From contig REDG01000031.1 of assembly GCA_007693605.1 (NCBI GenBank), positions 1 through 41,811 of the forward strand: DNA of 41,811 bases, read 5' to 3'. Both the position numbers and the translations under genes were made by a program. The DNA is from Bradymonadales bacterium (GTDB lineage: Bacteria > Bdellovibrionota > UBA2394). This document shows, in pieces, positions 19,761 to 28,336 of this stretch. Below the pieces are notes generated by a model. That model was not told where the DNA came from, searched no databases, and worked only from the letters and a program-made list of their open reading frames with translations. Position 1 is the first letter of the stretch; each line of letters opens with the position of its first letter.

Positions 19761-20897
19761 GTGCAAAGAGAGATGATGAGAAATTCTATAGATCGCCAGA
19801 TAAATACATGGAAACAGAAGAAAAGGGGCGGCTATCTTTTGGCCAGTCTTCTTCTTTTGTTGGCCCTATTCTGTCCTCCGGCAAGCCTGAAGGCTTCTGA
19901 CTGGGGCGGCCTTCAAATCGGCGGCGCCGCTGACCTGATCGCTGATTTTGGATTTAAAGATGCGAACCGAGATCGAAAGCTAAACGTTCGAAGTGTGGAG
20001 CTGATGCTTTACGGCCCCACCGATCATCTTTTCGAAGGCGTTCTCTCTTTTGCCGCCCATGAATATCAGGGAGAGTTCAACCTTGGGCTTCACGAAGCCT
20101 TTATAAAGAGTAGTCGGCTCATTCCGAGAACTCGCTTTCAAATCGGTCAGTTCTTTTTGGGAGTGGGCCGTCTCAACGCCCTTCACCAACATGACTGGCC
20201 TTTCATCGACAGCCCTCTCACCCAAGCGCAATTTTTTGATGGGGAGGGCATCATCGACTCTGGGCTAGAAGTCGCTTGGTTGAGCCCGCTTCCATTTTAT
20301 ATGGACCTGACGGTGGGTGTGACCAACGGCTGGCGAATCACCCATAGCCACGGCGATGCCGGAAAGAAGCCGAGCTTCCCAACCCACTACGCAAAGCTGG
20401 AATTTTTTCAAGATCTGCCGGCCGGAGGGGGCCTGCTTTGGGCTCTGAACTATTTGGGGCGTCGAGACTCAGACAAAACCTGGCTCCGACTGGCTGGCGC
20501 CCATGCCGTCGCAAAATGGCGAGAGGCCAATTTCTTGCGAGTTCTGTTGCAGGCAGAAGTCTGGGCTCGATTTCTTAAACCTCAAGGCGTCGCTTCAGAA
20601 AATCAATTGGGAGGCTATCTCTATGCTCAATACGGCTGGTCTCCGCTGATTTCTACGGGTCTTCGCTTCGATATGCTCTCAAGCCTCAGCCTGAAAGATT
20701 TGGATCAAAAATCCGTGCCGAACCATCAAATGCAGTTCAGCCCGCAGATCAACTTCTCTGTGAGTGAAATGGCCGTTTTCCGAGCCGGCTATTCCTATCT
20801 TCGAGATTTTCAGAGAGGTCGATCGACCGGTCACGAACATCAGATCCTCTTGCAGAGTATTTTTATTTTAGGAGCCCACCCCGCCCATGATTTTTAA
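19761..20897 (+). CDS. Outer-membrane beta-barrel, zinc-uptake-associated porin/receptor family
   Basis: Signal peptide, amphipathic strands, GRLNALHQHDWPF and C-terminal LGAHPAHDF motifs typical of barrels encoded beside ZnuA. Confidence 0.75.
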   Translation: MQREMMRNSIDRQINTWKQKKRGGYLLASLLLLLALFCPPASLKASDWGGLQIGGAADLIADFGFKDANRDRKLNVRSVELMLYGPTDHLFEGVLSFAAHEYQGEFNLGLHEAFIKSSRLIPRTRFQIGQFFLGVGRLNALHQHDWPFIDSPLTQAQFFDGEGIIDSGLEVAWLSPLPFYMDLTVGVTNGWRITHSHGDAGKKPSFPTHYAKLEFFQDLPAGGGLLWALNYLGRRDSDKTWLRLAGAHAVAKWREANFLRVLLQAEVWARFLKPQGVASENQLGGYLYAQYGWSPLISTGLRFDMLSSLSLKDLDQKSVPNHQMQFSPQINFSVSEMAVFRAGYSYLRDFQRGRSTGHEHQILLQSIFILGAHPAHDF

Positions 20898-21810
20898 GAT
20901 TTTTATCTCCGCTTTGTTTGCTTTAGGTTCCCTCACCGCCTTTTCGCCTTCCGTCAAGGCGAGCGCGCCACTTCAAGTCGTCACTTCCATTCCTGACTTT
21001 GCTTGGCTGATTCAAAGGCTGGGAGGAGACTCGGTGATTGTTCAGCCTTTACTGCGAGGCACAGAAGATCCCCACTTCGTTGATGCGGTCCCTTCTCACA
21101 TCCTTATGGCGAGTCGGGCCGATCTGTTTTGTTTTGTCGGCCTGGAGCTGGAAGTCGGATGGGTGCCAAGAGTCATCGAAAGATCTCGAAATTCCAAAAT
21201 TAAAGTCGGAAGCCCCGGTCACTGTGATTTGGGAAACTTTGTTCAGCCTTTAGACCCCATCGACGGACCCATCGATCGATCGATGGGACATCTTCATGCC
21301 TCCGGAAATCCCCACTATTGGCTGTCCCCCACAATCATGGGGGATTTGGCCCAAGTCGTCGCCCAAAAACTCTCAGAGCTTCGGCCTCAAAACCGAGACT
21401 CCTTTGTAGAGGCGGCCAACGGCTTGCGAAAAGAATTGCAAGAACTTGCCAAGAGGCAAGCCCAGAGACTTCAGGGCCAGAATTTAAAAATTTTGGAGTA
21501 TCATGCAGAGTTTTCCTATCTGATCGAAAGCTTGGGCCTTGAAAGACTGCCCTATGAAATCGAAGAAAAACCAGGCGTTCCCCCTTCCGCTTCTGCCCTC
21601 TATGACCGAATTCAAAGAGCAAAAAGGGATGAAGTTCGTTTGGTTTTAGCCTCTCCCTCTTCACCCCATCGCCTTCTGAGGCGCTTTTCGAAAGAGTCCG
21701 GCATTCCTGTGCTTCGACTTCCGACGATGACGACCGAAGGGGACTACCAAAGATTCTATCGAGGCTTGGTGGACCAGATTCTGGAACATTCGCAGGGGTC
21801 TTCATCCTGA
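20887..21810 (+). CDS. znuA: Zn/Mn ABC transporter substrate-binding protein
   Basis: VVTSIP, EDPHFVD, GLELEVGW, GNPHYWLSP, EYHAEFSY. Confidence 0.88.
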   Translation: MIFKIFISALFALGSLTAFSPSVKASAPLQVVTSIPDFAWLIQRLGGDSVIVQPLLRGTEDPHFVDAVPSHILMASRADLFCFVGLELEVGWVPRVIERSRNSKIKVGSPGHCDLGNFVQPLDPIDGPIDRSMGHLHASGNPHYWLSPTIMGDLAQVVAQKLSELRPQNRDSFVEAANGLRKELQELAKRQAQRLQGQNLKILEYHAEFSYLIESLGLERLPYEIEEKPGVPPSASALYDRIQRAKRDEVRLVLASPSSPHRLLRRFSKESGIPVLRLPTMTTEGDYQRFYRGLVDQILEHSQGSSS

Positions 21811-21828
21811 GTCTTAGGAGCGATTTTT

Positions 21829-22515
21829 ATGCTGCAGACTCCAGATAAAGACTCTCGCCTGCGAGGCTTTGAGCCCAGGGCCTTTGCGAAGCCTCGATCG
21901 CCTCTTCAGCTTTCTCCTTCTGCCCCCCTGCTTCAGCTTCGAGAAATCAGACTCGGCTTTGCTCATCAGCCTCTCTTTGCAAATCTGAACTTTGAGTTAG
22001 GCCCCTCTGAGCGAGTTTTTATTCGAGGACCGGTGGGAGCCGGCAAATCGAGCCTGCTTCGATTGATTTCTGGAGATCTTCAAGCTGACTCCGGAACCCG
22101 ATTCTGCCCCCTCAAAGAGACCGAGATTGAACTCTTGCCGCAGTTCCGATTTCAGAGTCAGCATCTTAATTTTCTGTTGGGGGAATGGGCTGAAAGCTCA
22201 GGATCTGAGCATCCTCTGCAGATTGAACTCTTGACGCCTAAACAGAGAAAGCTGGCTTGGAACTCCGCCAGTGGCGGTGAAAAGACTCTATGCCTGCTAG
22301 AAGCTTGCCTTCGCAGACAACCTAAGCTTTTGCTCTTTGATGAAGTCTTAGGAAATCTAGACTCTACAACGGCCGCCCAAGCCGAAGAGGGAATTTTGGA
22401 GTACAGCAGGCGTTTCCCCAAGAGTTCGATGCTTCTTGTCGATCATCATCGAGTCGCCGATTGGGCCACCGGGGTTTATGAACTGAGTGCGGGCCAACTC
22501 TATGCCGTCCGCTGA
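21829..22515 (+). CDS. znuC: Metal ABC transporter ATPase (divergent ZnuC)
   Basis: Walker A GPVGAGKS, signature ASGGE, Walker B LLLFDE, H-loop VDH. Confidence 0.75.
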   Translation: MLQTPDKDSRLRGFEPRAFAKPRSPLQLSPSAPLLQLREIRLGFAHQPLFANLNFELGPSERVFIRGPVGAGKSSLLRLISGDLQADSGTRFCPLKETEIELLPQFRFQSQHLNFLLGEWAESSGSEHPLQIELLTPKQRKLAWNSASGGEKTLCLLEACLRRQPKLLLFDEVLGNLDSTTAAQAEEGILEYSRRFPKSSMLLVDHHRVADWATGVYELSAGQLYAVR

Positions 22516-23296
22516 GTTTTTGGGATTGCTTCAGTTCTATGCGCCTTCTTTTCTGGCGGGAACTCTGATGGCTGTCGGCTTGGCGCTTTGGGGATGCTTT
22601 ATCGTAGACCAAAAGAGAGTGATGGAGAGTTTTGCACTCTCTCAAGCCGCAGGTTTTGGCTCTCTACTAGGACTTTCTTCTGGCATTCCCCATCTTCTGG
22701 GCGCCGGAGTTTCAGCGGGAAGCACTCCCTTTCTTTTTCGAGTCTTTAAGGCAGGCCCACAGGCGAGCCCTACGGGAGTCCATGCCGCTTTGTATATTTT
22801 CTTTCTCGCGGCCAGCTATCTTCTGATTCGACTCAGCCCACACCTAGAGTCTCACTTCAGTTTGTTGTTGTACGGAGATGTGAGTTTGATTCATGGTTTC
22901 GACCTCTGGCTCAGCAGCTTTGTGGGCATTCTCGCCATCTCTTGGGCCGTCTGGAACCGAAGATTTTTGTTTCGAGAGAGTTTTGAGTTCCATCTCTTTT
23001 CTCGGCCGATCTCTCGATGGAGTCGCTTCATGCAAATTGCCTTGATTGTCTTTAGCATGAGCTCCTTTGGATTTCTCTTCAGCATTGCCTTTTTAACATT
23101 GCCGACCAGTTTGCTTCAGTCCAAGAACTCTCGAGGCATCTTTTCGCATTTTTATGAATGCGGCATTCTGGCGGGATTGAGTTTTCTGCTCGGATTCTTT
23201 ATCTCCCTGTGTTGGCCGAGTCTTCCATCGACACCCTGCATTGTGCTCTGTCTCCTTTTCATTTGCCTGCTGAGACGCAGCTTCAGATCAGGTTGA
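22502..23296 (+). CDS. znuB: Metal ABC transporter permease (ZnuB/ABC-3 family)
   Basis: Multi-TM; FALSQAAGFG and LLYGDV motifs; operon context. Confidence 0.75.
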   Translation: MPSAEFLGLLQFYAPSFLAGTLMAVGLALWGCFIVDQKRVMESFALSQAAGFGSLLGLSSGIPHLLGAGVSAGSTPFLFRVFKAGPQASPTGVHAALYIFFLAASYLLIRLSPHLESHFSLLLYGDVSLIHGFDLWLSSFVGILAISWAVWNRRFLFRESFEFHLFSRPISRWSRFMQIALIVFSMSSFGFLFSIAFLTLPTSLLQSKNSRGIFSHFYECGILAGLSFLLGFFISLCWPSLPSTPCIVLCLLFICLLRRSFRSG

Positions 23297-23400
23297 CATC
23301 CTCTTCGAGGGGCCAAAAAATGGCAGTTGAGGTGTTTGATTGTTTCAGGCCTTCACAAAGACTGAGAATATCTCCAAACTCTTGGCTGGGGAGTGGTACT

Positions 23401-24006
23401 ATGAAAGAAATGATGTTGAGAAGCCTCGGTTTATGTTTTCTGGCTCTTGGGCTTGTTCTCGGGGGCCTTGACTCCCTATCCGCACAAATGGCCCCCATGG
23501 GCAATATGGATGCCCTCTTTAAGGGGCTTGATAAAGACCCAGAGTTTCTAAAACTTCTCGGATCGGAGCACAAAGACAGTCGTGGAAGTTTGGTCCTTCA
23601 GGGCCGCCCAAAGTCAGACTACAAGCCTCGAGTTCAAGCCCTAGAACGATTGAATCAGAATCCTAGAGCGGGAGCAAAGCGGGCCTTTGAATTCGCTCGA
23701 GAAGACTGTCGCCTCTTGCCTCAATACAGCAACAAAATCAAAAAAGACATTCATGTACCCGAGTGTGAAAAATATTTTCAACAGCTGGCAAAGAATACCG
23801 ACGAAATTGACGACACCACCGCCTGGATGCTTCACCACACTTATCTTTTGGTTATGCGAGGACAGATGGAAGACTGGTCTGAAGACAAACTAAAACAAGA
23901 GCAGCAAAATCTAATGTTTCGAGAGGACAGCCCGATCTTAGGCTCGATGAATATTCCGCCTGAAGCTCGAGAGATGATGCGACAGATGCAGAAAAACTCA
24001 AACTGA
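23401..24006 (+). CDS. Exported hypothetical helical protein
   Basis: Start re-placed at MKEMMLRSLGLCFLALGLVLGGLDSLSAQ; Met-rich ends; one Cys pair in the mature part. Confidence 0.65.
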   Translation: MKEMMLRSLGLCFLALGLVLGGLDSLSAQMAPMGNMDALFKGLDKDPEFLKLLGSEHKDSRGSLVLQGRPKSDYKPRVQALERLNQNPRAGAKRAFEFAREDCRLLPQYSNKIKKDIHVPECEKYFQQLAKNTDEIDDTTAWMLHHTYLLVMRGQMEDWSEDKLKQEQQNLMFREDSPILGSMNIPPEAREMMRQMQKNSN

Positions 24007-24018
24007 TTTTGATGAGCG

Positions 24019-24834
24019 CTACTTCTTACGCAGCTCTTTTGAGCGGCTTGTTGCCGCCTCAAGACATTCCTCTATCGTCTTTTCCAGCTGAGCGGCCTTA
24101 AGACAGTCAAGTCCTGCCTCGGTGGTGCCTCCCTTCGTAGCCACCGAGTTTTGCCATTCCTCTAGGCTACGAGCCCCCCCTTTGGCGAGCATTCCGGAGG
24201 CCAAACAAGTTTGCGACACGATCAGTCTCGCCGTGGGTTCGTCAAAGCCCCTGCGAAGAGCGGCGTCGACAAATCCCTTCATCCAATAGAAGAAATAGCC
24301 CGGCCCCGATCCTGAAAGTGCCGTCACGAAGTCCATTTGAGACTCGTCCACCCACAACAACTCGCCCATCTTGCGAAAGACCGTCTCGCATTCTAAGCGA
24401 TAGTCTTCTTGGATTTCTTTCGCGTGGGCAAAGACCGTCATCGAGACATTGAGCTGCGCCCCGAGATTTGGCATGGCCCTTAGAACCTGGGCTTGTCCTC
24501 CAGACCATTGATGAATCTGAGCGCTTTCGATACCCGCACAAACTGAAATAATGAGATGTCTCTTCTTAAATTCCAAGCCCTGAAACAAGGGCTCGATCTG
24601 ATAAGGCTTTACCGCAACAACGACAATATCAGAAACTTCCAGCACTTCGCTCGCCGAATCACAGCCCTCAAAATTCGGCAGCTTCTCACAGCTCGAAAGA
24701 ATCTCGGGGGAAGCATCAAAGCCCCGAATCGGTTTTTCAAGACTTTGATTCGAAGCCTGTTCGAGCTGCTTCAGACTTGCCTTCAAAATGGCGCCCCCCA
24801 TCTTACCGAGCCCAATAAATCCCCAGCGACTCAA
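24019..24834 (-). CDS. proC: Pyrroline-5-carboxylate reductase
   Basis: GFIGLGKMG, AVKP, RAMPN, TALSGSGPGY, VATKGGTT. Confidence 0.96.
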   Translation of the reverse strand: MSRWGFIGLGKMGGAILKASLKQLEQASNQSLEKPIRGFDASPEILSSCEKLPNFEGCDSASEVLEVSDIVVVAVKPYQIEPLFQGLEFKKRHLIISVCAGIESAQIHQWSGGQAQVLRAMPNLGAQLNVSMTVFAHAKEIQEDYRLECETVFRKMGELLWVDESQMDFVTALSGSGPGYFFYWMKGFVDAALRRGFDEPTARLIVSQTCLASGMLAKGGARSLEEWQNSVATKGGTTEAGLDCLKAAQLEKTIEECLEAATSRSKELRKK

Positions 24835-24877
24835 GGCATTTCCCTTCTGTTAAGACAAGCTCCCACGAGTTACTCCC

Positions 24878-25972
24878 TTAGCTCCCCACCAATGTGACTT
24901 GATGACGATCCAAAGTTTTTTTCCACAATTCCGACTGCTCTCTCAACTTTCGTCTCGTCAACTCATAGCCATATTCAACAATCTGTCGACGCGACTCAAA
25001 GTCCATGGGGTTAAAAAGAAACATGGTCGAATCGTCTTGATCGGGCTCAATCAGAAGTATGTCCATATCAGGGTCTCGATAACCCATATGATGAAGCGCC
25101 GTATGAACCCGAGTAAACAGCTCTGTTCGCATCGCTTGGTCAAAGACATAGGTAAGACCCTTGTCTTTGATTCGCCCCCTCTCTTCAAAGACAGTCTTGA
25201 TCCGAACATTTTCATGATCATTGTTCACGGGCACCATGGGATTAATCATAATCACCAGCTTCACATTCGAGCTCGACTGTAGATCTAGGTGCGCGAGTTT
25301 GCCGAGCCCTCCGTCCATATAATACCGATCTTCAATTTGCACGGGCTTGAAAAAAATCGGAATGGCAGACGAGGCAGAGATCGCTTTGTAGAAAGGAATA
25401 TGCCGCCAGTGCTCAGACCCAAACACCACTCGTTTCGTGGAGTCCACATCGGTGGCGGGAATGTAGAGCTCCTTCTCGAGCTGAGAGAAAAATGTCGGCA
25501 AAGACTTGCTCTCAAAGAACTCCTTTATCCATGCCTCGTAGTAGCGGGGAGCAAACAGACCTGAGGGAAGAGAGTCTTTCAGACCCCAAAAGAAACTGGG
25601 AGCTTCTTTCGGATCTTGAACCTTTACAAAGATGATATAAAAGAGAGTCCAAAAGAACTTAATGAGTTCCGCCCCCCAATCGAGAAAGCTAAAACGGTAA
25701 ATATCCTCTCTCTCGATATGAAAGACGCTTTGGTCATCTTTCATCATGGCCTCAACAATCTGCTGAGGACGAAGGCCCACCGCCAAACTGGTACTCACCA
25801 AGCTCCCCGCTGATGAACCTACGAAAACATCAAACTCGGTGCTGCGCTTGCTCAGGTGATCGTCTAAAGCGGCAAGGACCCCAAAATGGAAGAAGGCGCC
25901 GGTCACGCCCCCCCCTAAGAGATGAATGCCGTACTTCCGTTTGATCTCAGGTTTCGACTCGAGTGATGCCAC
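24878..25972 (-). CDS. Patatin-like phospholipase
   Basis: GGGVTG oxyanion motif, GSSAG nucleophile elbow, SASSAIP, DGG. Confidence 0.9.
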   Translation of the reverse strand: MASLESKPEIKRKYGIHLLGGGVTGAFFHFGVLAALDDHLSKRSTEFDVFVGSSAGSLVSTSLAVGLRPQQIVEAMMKDDQSVFHIEREDIYRFSFLDWGAELIKFFWTLFYIIFVKVQDPKEAPSFFWGLKDSLPSGLFAPRYYEAWIKEFFESKSLPTFFSQLEKELYIPATDVDSTKRVVFGSEHWRHIPFYKAISASSAIPIFFKPVQIEDRYYMDGGLGKLAHLDLQSSSNVKLVIMINPMVPVNNDHENVRIKTVFEERGRIKDKGLTYVFDQAMRTELFTRVHTALHHMGYRDPDMDILLIEPDQDDSTMFLFNPMDFESRRQIVEYGYELTRRKLREQSELWKKTLDRHQVTLVGS

Positions 25973-26567
25973 GAACTCGAACCCTCAACTCAATCTTTCG
26001 ACTCTCCTCCACAAACAGCAAGCCTGCATTCAATAAATTCTTCAGCTGAAACAGTCCCAAGGCATCGAGTTTTTCAGAGAGAAACTCGTGCTGCCGCTCC
26101 CAAGCAGACTCCGAGCACTCTGAACCCCTCACCTCAGAGGTCAAGCGATAGTCCAACTCAATCCGATTGAACTCTGCGGTGCCGGAGGCCTCAGAATCGG
26201 CGCTGACTTGGCAGTTTCCAAGAGAGCTTTTTCGCCCTCCGCTCGCTGAAATTCGTGAACTCGCGCCCACCTGCAAACTGGAGCGAAGCTCATTGATTTG
26301 CAGCACATAGCCGTCTCCGACTGTGACTCTTGAGATCAATTCATCTCTCAAGTCATTTCCTCTGAACTGGAACTGCATGGAGCGATTCTCTGAAGGATCC
26401 CTCCCATCAATCTTCACCTCAACGCTCATCTCTGTCAGTCGATAGGGAATGAGATTCACATTCTGAAGGTATTCCGGAACCGATGCATATTCAGGGCTGT
26501 CAGACCCGCAAGCGACTAAAGCGGTCAAGCTGAAGGCTCCCAAAAAAATGAATTTTATCAACGGCAT
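25947..26567 (-). CDS. Hypothetical lipoprotein
   Basis: MPLIKFIFLGAFSLTALVAC lipobox; overlaps the patatin start. Confidence 0.75.
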   Translation of the reverse strand: MPLIKFIFLGAFSLTALVACGSDSPEYASVPEYLQNVNLIPYRLTEMSVEVKIDGRDPSENRSMQFQFRGNDLRDELISRVTVGDGYVLQINELRSSLQVGASSRISASGGRKSSLGNCQVSADSEASGTAEFNRIELDYRLTSEVRGSECSESAWERQHEFLSEKLDALGLFQLKNLLNAGLLFVEESRKIELRVRVRGITRVET

Positions 26568-26627
26568 AACAACCCCCTTTTGAGCTTAGTTTAGCGGTGT
26601 CGCGTCATTGAGGGCAAGTGCTTTGAT

Positions 26628-26653
26628 CAGACTGTCGCTAAGGACCCACCTGC
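26628..26653 (-). repeat. Isolated MITE terminal repeat, copy E
   Basis: CAGACTGTCGCTAAGGACCCACCTGC resembles GGGACTGCCGCTAAAGGCCCATCTGC (end of copy C, reverse strand). Confidence 0.6.
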
Positions 26654-26668
26654 TCTTGCCCCACCGAT

Positions 26669-28225
26669 TTAGGGGCGCAACTTCCAAGTCACTTGGTACA
26701 AATCGTGCCGTCTGTCTTTCAAATTTTGTACGGTGCCTGAGTTTCGAGCCACCAGCAGGTCTTCAATGCGCAAATCGGCAACCGCCACCGTTTCCACATT
26801 CGGGGTCGTATCGGCTGCGATTCCGTCCCTCGCAAAGGGAAAGTCGCAAGGAGTCAGAATGGCTGACTGAGCGTATTGAATATCCATATTTTCCACCCGA
26901 GGAAGGTTTCCAACATTGCCTGCCATCGCCACGAAGATCTGATTCTCCACAGCCCTGGCTTGTGCGCAGTAACGAACCCGAAGATAACTATGCCTTTCAT
27001 CTGTACAGAACGGAATAAACAGAATTCTCGCCCCTTGATTCACGAGGTGCCGCACGAGTTCCGGAAACTCCGAGTCATAGCAGATCAGAACCCCAATTGG
27101 TCCGCAATCGGTGTCGATGGGGGCCACCTCACTGCCTCCCGTCATATCCCACCAATACCTCTCGTTCGGGGTGGTATGAATTTTTGGCTGTTCAAAGACA
27201 GAACCGTCTCGAAGAAAGACAAAGCAAACATTCTGCAGGTCATTTCTGCCCCTTCGCACGGCGGTCGATCCGCCGATGATATTGATATTATAAGAAAGCG
27301 CCAACTCCTGAAGCGCTTGCTTAAAAACTTCTGCAAACTCTGCCATATGCTCGATGGCTTTTCTTGGCTTGAGTGGTTTCGACTGAATCGAAAGCAACTG
27401 AAGAGTAAACCACTCCGGAAACACCACAAAGTCAGAGCGGTAGTCTGATGCCACATCGACAAAGTATTCGACGAGCTGAATAAACTCCTCAAAAGATGAA
27501 ACCGAACGCATTTTGTATTGCACACAGGTGATTCTTACTTTGGTGCTCGGAAAAGCCACCGTGGAGCGCCCCTTTGGCGCCACTTCGACATAGGCCGGAT
27601 TTCTCCAGATCAAGAGAACCGCATTTCCGAGCGAAGACTGGTCGATCGGTAGATAGGCCTCTAAGACACTCTGAATCTCAAAACCATTTCTCAATTGAAA
27701 GGAGAGCACTCGATCTCGAACTCTCTTCTCTTTCACGGCCTTGACATATTCTTCGGCGGAACTGAAGTTCTTTAGACGCTTCTTAAACTCTGGAATTCGT
27801 CCGGCAATCACGATGCCCTTGAGCTGATCTCTCTCAACCAATTTCTTCCGCTCTTCGTAGAGTCTTCGGCCAATTCTCAAGCCCCGATAATCCGGATGAA
27901 CGCAGACCTCCATGCCGTAGAGCATTTCTCCATCTGGCTCGTGTCGACTGTTAAAACCACCGCCGGTGATTTCGGCCCACTGATGAGGTCTTGTTGCTTT
28001 CTCTTCAGAGATTAGAAAGGAGGCCGCATAGCCCACGATTTTATCTTCATAGATGGCGACGAAGGTCCCCTCATTGTAATGGTTGATCTGACCCCGAATA
28101 TGCCCCGGCTGATACGGAGGCATATGAGGATAGGCCGACCTTGTCAGCTCCAATATGCCTGGAATATCAGAAAGTTGAGCCGAACGAATAAGAAGTTTAG
28201 GAAGAACAAGAGACTTTTTTGCCAT
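26669..28225 (-). CDS. Bifunctional GNAT acetyltransferase / carbon-nitrogen hydrolase fusion
   Basis: GNAT motif A VHPDYRGLRIGRRL; nitrilase triad FPE, KIH, ICYDSEFPE. Confidence 0.92.
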   Translation of the reverse strand: MAKKSLVLPKLLIRSAQLSDIPGILELTRSAYPHMPPYQPGHIRGQINHYNEGTFVAIYEDKIVGYAASFLISEEKATRPHQWAEITGGGFNSRHEPDGEMLYGMEVCVHPDYRGLRIGRRLYEERKKLVERDQLKGIVIAGRIPEFKKRLKNFSSAEEYVKAVKEKRVRDRVLSFQLRNGFEIQSVLEAYLPIDQSSLGNAVLLIWRNPAYVEVAPKGRSTVAFPSTKVRITCVQYKMRSVSSFEEFIQLVEYFVDVASDYRSDFVVFPEWFTLQLLSIQSKPLKPRKAIEHMAEFAEVFKQALQELALSYNINIIGGSTAVRRGRNDLQNVCFVFLRDGSVFEQPKIHTTPNERYWWDMTGGSEVAPIDTDCGPIGVLICYDSEFPELVRHLVNQGARILFIPFCTDERHSYLRVRYCAQARAVENQIFVAMAGNVGNLPRVENMDIQYAQSAILTPCDFPFARDGIAADTTPNVETVAVADLRIEDLLVARNSGTVQNLKDRRHDLYQVTWKLRP

Positions 28226-28310
28226 ACGAAGGCTAGTCTTGCGAAAAAACAGCCCACTGACAATTTGAAAGACTCAAGGATTGATTGAAAGCCTTCGAAT
28301 CGAGGTCAGG

Positions 28311-28336
28311 GCAGATGGGCCTTTAGCGACGCTCCC
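28311..28336 (+). repeat. Isolated MITE terminal repeat, copy D
   Basis: GCAGATGGGCCTTTAGCGACGCTCCC versus GCAGATGGGCCTTTAGCGGCAGTCCC at 32076-32101. Confidence 0.75.
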
